Assembly (NCBI GenBank): GCA_030601605.1
Contig: JAUVTI010000001.1
Location: 1 to 52,960 of the forward strand
Direction of reading: 5' to 3'
From: Gemmatimonadales bacterium
Lineage (GTDB): Bacteria > Gemmatimonadota > Gemmatimonadetes > Gemmatimonadales > GWC2-71-9
DNA: 52,960 bases
Shown: piece after piece, positions 25,193-33,817 of the stretch
How positions within the stretch are numbered: position 1 is the stretch's first letter
Layout of the letters: each line of letters begins with the position of its first letter
The notes under the pieces: generated by a model
What the model saw: the letters and a program-made list of their open reading frames with translations, nothing else
Databases searched by the model: none
What the model was told of the DNA's origin: nothing
Translations under genes and position numbers: made by a program

Positions 25193-26022
25193 AGCGACTG
25201 GCTTTCTCACTTCTGGCACTGTCGGGCGTGGCGCTCGCCGCCTGCGGCACATCGGGCACGTCCGGCGGGGGAACGCCGTCACCCGCTGCGCCCGCCCGGT
25301 TCTCGTACGGACCGTTCACCGCGCAGTACCAGATCAGCTCGCACACCCGCGTGCAGCAGGATATCCAGGGGCAGGTTCAGGTCAGCGAATTCGGTCTCGT
25401 CTATTTCCTGAGCGTGAGTGCGGCCGACGAGGAGGGCGTCACGCGTCTCACGATGACCCTGGACTCGGTGCCGCAGCTGAGCGGCCCCTTGTTCTCACCG
25501 AGCACAGGTGCGGACGCGGCCGGCACCACGTTCACGGGCATCCTCTCCCCCGGGGGTGAGATCCTGGACTTCCAGGCGAGCAACACGACGAACACCCTCG
25601 TGGAGCAGCTGAGGCCCGGCCTCTCCCGCTTCTTCCCGAGGGTTCCTCTCGGTGGGGTGGAGGCCGGGCAGGCCTGGACCGACTCCGTCGAGATCAGCTC
25701 GGAGTCCGGTGGCCTCGACATTCTCGTGGAGGCAACCGCTCAGTTCCAGGCCCACGATTGGGGCGACCGCAACGGAGTGCGCGCTCTGTCGGCCAGCTCA
25801 GACACCGACTACACGCTCTCCGGAGGCGGGATGCAGGGCGGCAGCGAGATCACGATCGACGGCACCGGGGTGTCCCACGGAGGCTTCTTCCTGGGGGCCG
25901 ACGGCCGCTTCCTCGGCGGCGCCTCCGCCGACACGGCGCACATGTCGGCGTTCGTGGTGGCGATGGGGATGGACATCCCCATCCTGCAGACACGCGTCGA
26001 CACCGTCGCGGTCGTTCGGTAG
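25189..26022 (+). CDS. hypothetical lipoprotein (beta-rich, Gly/Ser/Thr-rich)
   Basis: Signal peptide with lipobox (LSGVALAAC). No family recognised. The stop is immediately followed by the start of the next gene. Confidence 0.65.
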   Translation: MKRLAFSLLALSGVALAACGTSGTSGGGTPSPAAPARFSYGPFTAQYQISSHTRVQQDIQGQVQVSEFGLVYFLSVSAADEEGVTRLTMTLDSVPQLSGPLFSPSTGADAAGTTFTGILSPGGEILDFQASNTTNTLVEQLRPGLSRFFPRVPLGGVEAGQAWTDSVEISSESGGLDILVEATAQFQAHDWGDRNGVRALSASSDTDYTLSGGGMQGGSEITIDGTGVSHGGFFLGADGRFLGGASADTAHMSAFVVAMGMDIPILQTRVDTVAVVR

Positions 26023-26859
26023 TTGACTCGGCCACTGGCCATCGCAGCCCTCCTGGCGGCGCTCTGCGCGAGCGCCGCCGAGGGGCAAATTCGCAGGCCG
26101 CGTTCCGACGCGTACCTCTTCGCCTCCAACACGGACGACGTGCGCGCCCTCTGGGTCAACCCGGCGGGACTCGCCATCGTGCGCGAGACTTCCGTGATGG
26201 CGGAGTTCGTTCTCGACAACCCGCCCCAGGAGAGCCTCCGCTGGTCGCAGTGGACCCTCGCCTTCAACTCACGCGGCTTTTCGGCAGGCTTCCAGCAGGA
26301 CCGGTTGCCGTCGGGCGAGAACATCGAGACAATCCGCGTCGGTGGCGCGGTCGGCTTCCGCGGCGGGGCACTGGGCGGCTCGATCAGCATATACGCCCAG
26401 GAGGAGAACGATCGCGGCGGCGACATAGGCGTCATGTACCGCCTCATATCGCCCCTCACGGTTGCGGCGCTGCTCAAGAACATCGGGCGGCCGCTGCTGG
26501 GGGACTCGGTGGCGGCCCTCACCGGCGGGCTCGGGCTGAGTTGGCTCGCAGTACCCAATCACCTCCAGATCTCAGTCGAGGCGGAATTCACCGAGAAGCT
26601 CGAGAACACGACGCGGCAGTCCCTGTTCCGCGCCGGACTCGTACTCGCCACCGGCGGCAAGTTGCCCTTCGGCCTGGTGACCACACTCGATCTGGCCAGC
26701 AACATGAGGGTGGACGCATGGCACCTGGGGATCTCCGTGGGCGGCAACGATCGCGTCATCCTTCTCGGCACCGCCGAGCAGGTTCAGGGCTCCGGCCGCG
26801 TATCACAGATGAGCCTGAGCGGAGTGGCCAGCAGGCGGCCCCCCGGAAGGCGGCCGTAG
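26023..26859 (+). CDS. putative outer-membrane beta-barrel protein (PorV/PorQ- or FadL-like features)
   Basis: TTG start directly after the upstream TAG. Cleavable signal peptide (AALCASAAEGQ). An NPAGLA motif sits near the N-terminus, with alternating-hydrophobicity strands throughout. The family call is tentative. Confidence 0.55.
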   Translation: MTRPLAIAALLAALCASAAEGQIRRPRSDAYLFASNTDDVRALWVNPAGLAIVRETSVMAEFVLDNPPQESLRWSQWTLAFNSRGFSAGFQQDRLPSGENIETIRVGGAVGFRGGALGGSISIYAQEENDRGGDIGVMYRLISPLTVAALLKNIGRPLLGDSVAALTGGLGLSWLAVPNHLQISVEAEFTEKLENTTRQSLFRAGLVLATGGKLPFGLVTTLDLASNMRVDAWHLGISVGGNDRVILLGTAEQVQGSGRVSQMSLSGVASRRPPGRRP

Positions 26860-26882
26860 GCAGACCGGCAGAGCAGGATACA

Positions 26883-26913
26883 AAACGGCACCGGCGCTTC
26901 ACCGGTGCCGTTT
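26883..26913. terminator. bidirectional hairpin terminator between convergent genes (mainly dnaN)
   Basis: AACGGCACCGG-cgcttca-CCGGTGCCGTT forms an 11-12 bp perfect stem. The minus-strand reading is followed by TTTTG, the plus-strand reading by TCCGTT. Confidence 0.65.
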
Positions 26914-26944
26914 CCGTTACTGGCCCCTCGGACTCGATGGGTCT

Positions 26945-28054
26945 CTAGTCCACCAGGCGCAGCGGCATCACCAGACACATATACGATGCCGGATCGTCCC
27001 AGCCCACGGGCTCCACCGTAGCGGCGCGCTCGGGCGCCTTGAAGGTGAGCCGTACCTCGTCGGTGGGCATGTACTTCAGAATCTCCAGCAGGTAGTTGGC
27101 GTTGAACCCGATCTCCAGGGCGTCGCCGTCGTACGTGACGGCCATCTCGTCCTGGGCCTCCCCCAGGTCAGGCGTGCTCACACTCAGCTTGAGCGAGCCC
27201 CCGGTGAACTGCAGCCGCACGCGATGCGTCTGGTCGCTGGCAACTACGCCGACCCGCCGCAGTGCCGCGGCGAGGCCGTCCTTCTCGACGGTACAGGCCC
27301 GATCGTTGTCCCGCGGGATCACCTGGTCGTAATTCGGATACGGCCCCTCTATGAGACGCGTGAACACCAGGGTGGTGCCGCTCCGGAATCCGAGGTGGTT
27401 GTCGCTCTTCGCGATCTCGAGCTCGTCGGAGGGTCCTAACGGCCGCCCCACCTGGTCCAGCGCCTTCGGGGGCACTATCAAGTCGGCGGACGCGCCCGCG
27501 CTGCCCACCGGTACGTCCATCTTCGACAGCCGGTGACCGTTGGTGGCCACCATCCGCATCACATCCCCTTGCAGCTGCCACAGCACGCCGTTCAGGATCG
27601 GGCGGCTCTCCTCAGTGGAAGCCGCGAAGCTCACGTGGTTGATCAGCTTCTGGAGGTCGCTCGACGTGACCGTCCAGGCTTCGTCGAAGTTGACCGGCGG
27701 GAAGTTGGGGAACTCCTCGCGTGGGATCCCCAGGAGCTTGAACCGGGACCGGCCGCATTCGAGGCTCACTCGCTGCTCGCCGGAGGCGGTCATCCGAATG
27801 GCCGCGCTCGGCAGCTCACGCACGATGTCGACCAGCTTCTTGGCCGGCACCGTCACGGCGCCTTCCTCATCTACTTCAGCCGGGACTACCGTGCTCACGG
27901 CGATGTCGAGATCGGTGCCCGACAGACGAACTCCGTCGGCGGTCGCCTCGATCAGGATATTAGAGAGAATCGGGAGGGTGGTCTTTGTCGGCACACTGGC
28001 CGCAACAGCGACCAATCCCTCCTGCAAACGCTCCCGTGTGATCGTGAACTTCAT
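26945..28054 (-). CDS. dnaN: DNA polymerase III subunit beta (sliding clamp)
   Basis: MKFTITRERLQEGLVAVAASVPTKTTLPILSNILIEA, 369 aa, directly downstream of dnaA. Confidence 0.95.
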   Translation of the reverse strand: MKFTITRERLQEGLVAVAASVPTKTTLPILSNILIEATADGVRLSGTDLDIAVSTVVPAEVDEEGAVTVPAKKLVDIVRELPSAAIRMTASGEQRVSLECGRSRFKLLGIPREEFPNFPPVNFDEAWTVTSSDLQKLINHVSFAASTEESRPILNGVLWQLQGDVMRMVATNGHRLSKMDVPVGSAGASADLIVPPKALDQVGRPLGPSDELEIAKSDNHLGFRSGTTLVFTRLIEGPYPNYDQVIPRDNDRACTVEKDGLAAALRRVGVVASDQTHRVRLQFTGGSLKLSVSTPDLGEAQDEMAVTYDGDALEIGFNANYLLEILKYMPTDEVRLTFKAPERAATVEPVGWDDPASYMCLVMPLRLVD

Positions 28055-28298
28055 ATGGGTCTCTTCTCTGCCAAGTGGAGAAGAAGTCTATTACTACTCT
28101 ACTAGATTAATAATTAGTAGTACTAGTAGAGGGTCTGGAAACCTTGATAGACTCGCTAAACACTTCTCCGGGTTCTGGTTCGGGCACTCTCCGCATGTGA
28201 ATTCGCGGTATGGGCTGTGGACCGGCCGTAGAAACCGCGACGGCTATCCCCATCAGCCACATTCATCCACAACACCTTCAACAGGCTTTCTACGAAAC
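28055..28298. other. putative chromosomal replication origin (oriC) in the dnaA-dnaN spacer
   Basis: A ~50-bp AT-rich island (28081-28130) stands out in a GC-rich genome, with TAG/CTA triplet runs. Three same-orientation DnaA-box-like 9-mers are CTATCCCCA (28244), TCAGCCACA (28253) and TCATCCACA (28263), matching the TTATCCACA consensus at 7, 7 and 8 of 9 positions. The location is classic. Confidence 0.65.
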
Positions 28299-29672
28299 CT
28301 ACACCAGCTCGCGTCGCGCGTGCTCCACCCGGTCGCGGAACTTGCGGTCGCTGGCCATCACACGCTGCACCTTGTCCAGACTGTGGATGACCGTCGAGTG
28401 GTCGCGCCCGCCGAAAGCCTGTCCGATCTCGACGAGCTGCATTCCCAGCAGTTCCCGCGCGAGGAACATCGCCACCTGACGTGGAACGGTCAGCGCCCTG
28501 GTCCGCGCCTTGGAGCGCAGGCCCTCCGGCGTGACTCCCCAGCGGCGGGCCACCACTTCCTGCACCCGATCCACGCTGGGAAGGGCCTCGGGGCGACCGC
28601 TCGCGGCCTCCGCGCTCTGCCGGATCTTGTCCGCCAGCGCGTCCCTGGCCAGATCCACCGTCACCTCACGGTGCTTCAGCGAGGCGTAGAGCAGCAGCTT
28701 GATGATCGAGCCCTCCAGCTCCCGCACCGAGCTCCTGACGTGCTCCGCGATGAACCGCAGCACGTCGTCGGGGATCGTGAGCTCCAGGTGATCCTGCTCG
28801 GCCTTCTTGCGCAGGATGGCGATGCGGTGCTCCAGGTCCGGCTGCCCGATGTCTGCCACCATGCCCCACTCGAACCGGCTCACGAGCCGCGACTCGAGTC
28901 CGGGGATCTCCTTGGGCGGTCTGTCCGAGGTGAGGACGATCTGCTTTTCGGCCTCGTGCAGAGCGTTGAACGTGTGGAAGAACTCCTCCTGGGTCATTTC
29001 CTTGCCCTCGAGGAAATGCACGTCGTCGACCAGGAAGATGTCCACCTCCGTCCTGTACCGCTTCCGGAACTCCACCATCGTCCGGCCGTGGATACTCTCG
29101 ATCACCTCGTTGATGAACTGCTCGGCGCCCATGTAGACCACGCGGGCGCTGTCGTCACGCCCCAGAACGGCGTGGGCGATGGCCTGCATCAGATGCGTCT
29201 TGCCCAGTCCGGTGGCGCCGTAGATGAACAGCGGGTTGTACGTCTTTCCGGGGGCCTCCGCCACGGCGTGGGCCGCCGCACTGGCGAGCTCGTTCGACTT
29301 GCCGATCACGAAGGTCTGGAATGAGTAGCGCTCGTTGAGCGGCCGGGCCGCGCTGCTGCGGCCGCCCCCATCGCTCGACCGGGGCGCCACGAAGAAGTCC
29401 ATTTGGGGCCGCTGCGCCCGCTCCTCCTGCACCCGGAACGTGACTTTGAGGGGTGAGCCGAGCTTCTCCTGGGCCAATCTGGCCAGCAGGTCGGAATGCT
29501 TGGACTCGTTCCACTCGACGGCGAACTGGTCGGGAGCGCCCAAGATCAGTCTATCTTCCTGCAGCCCAATTGGCTCCACCGGCTCCAGCCATGTGCGGAC
29601 TGTGGGGTCAGGAAGCTCTGTGCGGGCCGCCTCCAATAGACGGGACCACGCTTGTTTAGCTGTCAATTCCAT
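28299..29672 (-). CDS. dnaA: chromosomal replication initiator protein DnaA
   Basis: Walker A GATGLGKTHL, box VII and sensor motifs, and the C-terminal DNA-binding GGRDHSTVIHS. Confidence 0.95.
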   Translation of the reverse strand: MELTAKQAWSRLLEAARTELPDPTVRTWLEPVEPIGLQEDRLILGAPDQFAVEWNESKHSDLLARLAQEKLGSPLKVTFRVQEERAQRPQMDFFVAPRSSDGGGRSSAARPLNERYSFQTFVIGKSNELASAAAHAVAEAPGKTYNPLFIYGATGLGKTHLMQAIAHAVLGRDDSARVVYMGAEQFINEVIESIHGRTMVEFRKRYRTEVDIFLVDDVHFLEGKEMTQEEFFHTFNALHEAEKQIVLTSDRPPKEIPGLESRLVSRFEWGMVADIGQPDLEHRIAILRKKAEQDHLELTIPDDVLRFIAEHVRSSVRELEGSIIKLLLYASLKHREVTVDLARDALADKIRQSAEAASGRPEALPSVDRVQEVVARRWGVTPEGLRSKARTRALTVPRQVAMFLARELLGMQLVEIGQAFGGRDHSTVIHSLDKVQRVMASDRKFRDRVEHARRELV

Positions 29673-29734
29673 CTGCTGTTGCGGACTACTTTTGGTAGGC
29701 GGTTTGATAGGGCACGACGATGGTACCGCGCCGA

Positions 29735-29743
29735 TGTGGAAAA
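29735..29743. promoter_or_regulatory. DnaA box in the dnaA/rpmH divergent promoter region
   Basis: TGTGGAAAA matches TGTGGATAA at 8 of 9 positions, 63 nt upstream of the dnaA ATG. Confidence 0.45.
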
Positions 29744-29808
29744 GTCAACCTTGACCGAAACAGCCCAGTACGACTAGTTTTCGCGCCCGCGTGAGAAGGG
29801 CATGAGGC

Positions 29809-29970
29809 ATGAAAAGAACGTATCAGCCGAGCAATAGGCGGCGCAAAAATAAGCACGGATTCCGGGCACGGATGAAGACCCGATGGGGCCGGGCGGTGTT
29901 GAGCCGCAGGCGCCGAAAGGGACGCAAGCGGGTGTCGGTTGCGGCGCCGTCCAAGCACGGAGGGCATTGA
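29809..29970 (+). CDS. rpmH: 50S ribosomal protein L34
   Basis: Absent from the ORF track (53 aa). My own translation gives [53 protein letters not shown], the canonical L34 sequence plus a ~9-aa C-terminal extension. Confidence 0.9.
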   Translation: MKRTYQPSNRRRKNKHGFRARMKTRWGRAVLSRRRRKGRKRVSVAAPSKHGGH

Positions 29971-30311
29971 GGCCCGAGGGACTACCTCGGAGCTGGCGCT
30001 TGACGCGCAGATCTGACCTGACGGCGGTGACGCGTTCCGGCCGCCGCCGCCGCACCCCGAGACTGGACATTTCCTGGCGAGCCAACGAGTTGGGACACCC
30101 GCGCCTAGGCGTTGTCGTGCCGCGCCACGGCCGCAGCGTCGTGGAGCGCAACCGCCTGCGGCGCCGGCTCCGCGAGTTCGCTCGGCGGCGCCTGCTCCCG
30201 CGCCTGGCTCCGATCGATCTCGTGATCCGCTCTCGCCAGGCCGCCTACGGGTCCGACTTTCCCGAACTGGCCACCGACCTGGATCTATGGGCGCTCTCGC
30301 TGTCGGGCTGA
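29883..30311 (+). CDS. rnpA: ribonuclease P protein component
   Basis: [22 protein letters not shown]...[25 protein letters not shown] is the RnpA/RNR motif, in conserved synteny after rpmH. The only canonical start upstream of the conserved N-terminus is the ATG at 29883, inside rpmH. Confidence 0.75.
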   Translation: MGPGGVEPQAPKGTQAGVGCGAVQARRALRPEGLPRSWRLTRRSDLTAVTRSGRRRRTPRLDISWRANELGHPRLGVVVPRHGRSVVERNRLRRRLREFARRRLLPRLAPIDLVIRSRQAAYGSDFPELATDLDLWALSLSG

Positions 30312-30526
30312 CGCGCTGGCCGCGAAACGCGGTTACGGCGCTCATCCGTGCCTACCAGGTGGCTGCGTCCCCCTTCCCTTCGCCGTGCCGCTTCGCACCT
30401 ACGTGCTCGACGTATGCGCTCGAGGCCGTGAGGCGCTACGGCGCCCTGAAGGGCTCCTGGCTGGGCGTGAAGCGCATTCTCAAGTGCCATCCGTTCCATC
30501 CGGGTGGCCCCGACCCGGTCCCATGA
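30287..30526 (+). CDS. yidD: membrane protein insertion efficiency factor YidD
   Basis: [11 protein letters not shown]...[20 protein letters not shown]...[16 protein letters not shown]. Confidence 0.88.
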   Translation: MGALAVGLTRWPRNAVTALIRAYQVAASPFPSPCRFAPTCSTYALEAVRRYGALKGSWLGVKRILKCHPFHPGGPDPVP

Positions 30527-30537
30527 GGGCTCGCTGA

Positions 30538-32193
30538 ATGGACCGTCGCACTTTACTGGCCATCAGCCTGATGCTGCTCATCGCCGTGGTGCCGGCGCTC
30601 TTCATGCGTCGGGACCGCCCGGCCCAGGGCCCGGCCGTTGCCGCGGACAGCGTCCTGTCCCAGCCTGCCGAGACCGCGGCGGCCCAGCCGGAGGCGCCCC
30701 GGCCTGAGATGGTGCCGCAGCCGGCGGCCGCGCTGCCTGCCGCCCGTGACTCGGCGCCCGCGCAGGTAGTGGCCGTCGAGTCGGATCTGTACCGCTTCGA
30801 GTTCTCGACCCGCGGCGCCCGGATCGTGAGTGCGATTCTCGAGAAGTACGAGACCTTCAGGCCCGGTGACACGGGCCGTGTACAGATGATCCCGCAGGGC
30901 TCCCGCTGGCTGGACTACTACCTCGTGGTCGAGGGCGACACGGTCTCGCTGGCCGACTGGTCGTTCGAGCCCACCACCACCGCGCTCGCCGTGACGGGCG
31001 AGAGCGCGGAGCTGGGGTGGGTCGCGCGGCGCGGATTCGTGTCAGTGGAGCTCACCTACACGTTCTGGCCCGGCACGTACATGTTCGACGTTGCGGGCCG
31101 CGTAACGGGCGCATCGCGCAGCGCCCTGATCGTGATCGGCCTGGGGCCGCGCATCGCGCCGGTGGAGGCTGACAGCGTGTGGGACTACCGGTCGTACGGT
31201 GTGGTGACCAAGGACGGTAGCACTGAGCGCCTGAACTTCCGCTCGCTGGATCCCGGCGAGCAGCGCGCCCTGGAGGGCCCGTTCGAGTGGGTGGCGATCA
31301 AGTCCAAGTACTTCCTCGGTGCCGTGCTGGCGCTGGATGAGGAGCAGCCGAAGTTCGGCGGTGCGTTGGTCACGGGCGGGAACCGCTCGGGCAAGTATGC
31401 CGTTCGCGCCAATGTGCTCGCGTCGCTGCCGGCCCCGGGGGGAACGTTCAGCTTCCAATGCTACTTTGGACCCCAGGAGTTCCATAGCCTCTCGGCGATC
31501 GGCCACGGGCTGGAGGACGTCAACCCGTACGGCTGGATCCTCCGTCCCATCATCCGCCCGTTCGCCAACTTGATAGTCCGCATCCTGTTGTGGATGCACG
31601 AAACGCTCAACCTGGGCTACGGTTGGGTACTCATCCTCTTCGGCCTGGCGATGCGCGTCCTGTTGTGGCCGCTCAATCAGAAGGCGATGCGGTCCAGCAT
31701 GGCGATGCAGGCCGTCCAGCCTGAGATGAAGGCGGTCCAGGAGCGCTACAAGGAAGATCCGCAGCGGATGCAGCAGGAGGTGATGAAGCTGTACAAGGAG
31801 CACGGGGTGAACCCGCTGGGCGGCTGCCTGCCGATGCTCATCCCGATGCCCATCCTGTTCGCTCTGTTCTTCGTGTTCCGCGAGACCATCGAGTTCCGCG
31901 GTGTGCCGTTCCTGTGGCTGCCCGATCTGTCGCGGCCGGACCCGTTCTTCATCATCCCGATCGCGATGGGCCTGTCGATGTTCGCGGTCACCCGCATCGG
32001 CCAGATCGGCGTGCCGCCGAACCCGCAGACCAAGATGATGCTGTACGTGATGCCGGGATTCCTCACGTTCATCTTCCTGAAGCTGTCGGCGGGCTTGAAC
32101 CTGTACTATGCGGTGAGCAACATCGCGTCGATTCCGCAGCAGTGGCTCATTGCGCAGCAGAGGCTCAGGAGGCAGGCGAACAAGAAGGAATGA
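30538..32193 (+). CDS. yidC: membrane protein insertase YidC
   Basis: N-terminal TM segment, large periplasmic domain and a C-terminal 5-TM 60-kDa-IMP core (LWPLNQKAMRSSMAMQAVQPEMKAVQERYK...GGCLPMLIPMPILFALF). Confidence 0.92.
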   Translation: MDRRTLLAISLMLLIAVVPALFMRRDRPAQGPAVAADSVLSQPAETAAAQPEAPRPEMVPQPAAALPAARDSAPAQVVAVESDLYRFEFSTRGARIVSAILEKYETFRPGDTGRVQMIPQGSRWLDYYLVVEGDTVSLADWSFEPTTTALAVTGESAELGWVARRGFVSVELTYTFWPGTYMFDVAGRVTGASRSALIVIGLGPRIAPVEADSVWDYRSYGVVTKDGSTERLNFRSLDPGEQRALEGPFEWVAIKSKYFLGAVLALDEEQPKFGGALVTGGNRSGKYAVRANVLASLPAPGGTFSFQCYFGPQEFHSLSAIGHGLEDVNPYGWILRPIIRPFANLIVRILLWMHETLNLGYGWVLILFGLAMRVLLWPLNQKAMRSSMAMQAVQPEMKAVQERYKEDPQRMQQEVMKLYKEHGVNPLGGCLPMLIPMPILFALFFVFRETIEFRGVPFLWLPDLSRPDPFFIIPIAMGLSMFAVTRIGQIGVPPNPQTKMMLYVMPGFLTFIFLKLSAGLNLYYAVSNIASIPQQWLIAQQRLRRQANKKE

Positions 32194-32210
32194 GTGGGTA
32201 GTTTCTTCCC

Positions 32211-33560
32211 ATGCTCTCCGACGTTATCGCCGCGATCAGCACCCCACCCGGACGCTCCGGCATTGCGCTCGTGCGCGTCTCCGGTTCGGGCGCCCACGAA
32301 GCAGCGGCGAGGGTCCTCGCGTCCTTCACGGTCGAGCCGCTGCGGACGGCGCGCCTCTCGCCGGTCACCCACCCCAGCACCGGCGAGCTGCTCGACGAAG
32401 CGCTCTATCTCACGTACCGCGCGCCCGCCTCGTACACCGGCGAGGACATGGTGGAGCTCACCACGCACGGAGGGCTGCTGGTGCCGGCCGAGGTTCTCGG
32501 TGCGCTGCTCGCCGCCGGGACGCGTCAGGCGGCACCCGGGGAGTTCACCCGCCGCGCAGTTGCAAACGGCAAGCTGGACCTGCTCCAGGCCGAGGCCGTT
32601 GCCGATCTCGTGGATGCCACCGCCCCCGCGCAGCGCCGTGCGGCGCTGCAGCAGTTCGACCGCGGACTCTCCGGGCGCATTGCTGCCCTGCGCGACCAGG
32701 TACTCGAGCTCGAGGCTCTGGTGTGCTACGAGATCGACTTCCCCGAGGAGGACTCCGGTCCCGTTGCGCCGGAGCGGATTGCAGCTGCCGCGGCGGATGC
32801 CGGGAAGGCGATTGCGGCGCTCATCGGCACTGCCGCCGAGGGTGAGCGCCTGCGCGAAGGCGCTCTCGCAGTGATCGCGGGACGGCCCAACGTGGGAAAA
32901 TCGTCGCTGTTCAACGCCCTGTTGGGGAGCCAGCGGGCTATCGTGACACACATTCCCGGAACCACGCGCGATGCGATCGAGGCACCGGCCTCCTGTGGCG
33001 GCTTTCCATTCCGGTTGATCGACACTGCGGGCCTGCGCGAGTCGGAGGACGTCGTGGAGCGGCTCGGCGTCGAGGTCAGCAGACGCTACCTGAGCGCCGC
33101 GGACGTCGTGATCTTCTGCGCGGAGGCCGGCCACGAGCTGGCACGGGAGGAGCGGGAGTTCCTCGACGAGGTGGCGGTGCCCGTCGTGCTCGTGCGCACC
33201 AAGAGTGACCTGCTCGGCGACACCGCCCGCCCGGGTGCCGACAGTGGCATGATGGTGTCTGCCGAGACCGGGGACGGGATCGCCCGCCTGCGCTCAGCGC
33301 TCGCTGAGCACGTGTTCACGGGCCTGGCGGGCCGGGGAGACATCGGGCCGCTGGTTACGCGCGAGCGACACCGTGTAGCCCTCCAGCGGGCACAGGAGGA
33401 GGTCTCCCACTTCGAGCAGGCGCGCGCGGAGGGACTCGAGACCGCGGTCGCGGCCACGCATCTACGGGCGGCGGTAGCGGCCCTGGAGGACGTTATCGGA
33501 CTCGTGTCCACCGAGGATGTGCTGGAGAGGGTGTTCGAGAGCTTCTGCGTGGGGAAGTAG
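32211..33560 (+). CDS. mnmE: tRNA modification GTPase MnmE (TrmE)
   Basis: The G-domain has GRPNVGKSSL and DTAGLR, and the C-terminal end is CVGK. Confidence 0.95.
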   Translation: MLSDVIAAISTPPGRSGIALVRVSGSGAHEAAARVLASFTVEPLRTARLSPVTHPSTGELLDEALYLTYRAPASYTGEDMVELTTHGGLLVPAEVLGALLAAGTRQAAPGEFTRRAVANGKLDLLQAEAVADLVDATAPAQRRAALQQFDRGLSGRIAALRDQVLELEALVCYEIDFPEEDSGPVAPERIAAAAADAGKAIAALIGTAAEGERLREGALAVIAGRPNVGKSSLFNALLGSQRAIVTHIPGTTRDAIEAPASCGGFPFRLIDTAGLRESEDVVERLGVEVSRRYLSAADVVIFCAEAGHELAREEREFLDEVAVPVVLVRTKSDLLGDTARPGADSGMMVSAETGDGIARLRSALAEHVFTGLAGRGDIGPLVTRERHRVALQRAQEEVSHFEQARAEGLETAVAATHLRAAVAALEDVIGLVSTEDVLERVFESFCVGK

Positions 33561-33565
33561 CGGCG

Positions 33566-33817
33566 CTACAGCGTTTCGTCGCCTCCCTCCAACACCAGCC
33601 GCCACACTTCGTCCACGAGCCACTGCAGGCGCTCCTGGGCGTACTTCAGCTCGGACGGGCCCATGTCGTCGGCCCGGCGGGAGGTGTCCCGCACGTGCCC
33701 GATCAACTCGTCGAGTAGTTCGCGCAGGCCGCGCATCTGGCGGCGCTCCGGGAGCGGCTTTGCGGCGGGGCGTTTGGCGGAGCGGCGGGTCGGGCTTCTG
33801 GAGGACTTCTTCTTCAC
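33566..33817 (-). CDS. hypothetical small protein with a basic N-terminal tail
   Basis: The GTG at 33817 overlaps the TGA of the upstream gene (GTGA). Third codon positions are G/C-rich from there on. VKKKSSRSPTRRSAKRPAAKP... is followed by a helical acidic C-terminal half. No family recognised. Confidence 0.45.
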   Translation of the reverse strand: MKKKSSRSPTRRSAKRPAAKPLPERRQMRGLRELLDELIGHVRDTSRRADDMGPSELKYAQERLQWLVDEVWRLVLEGGDETL

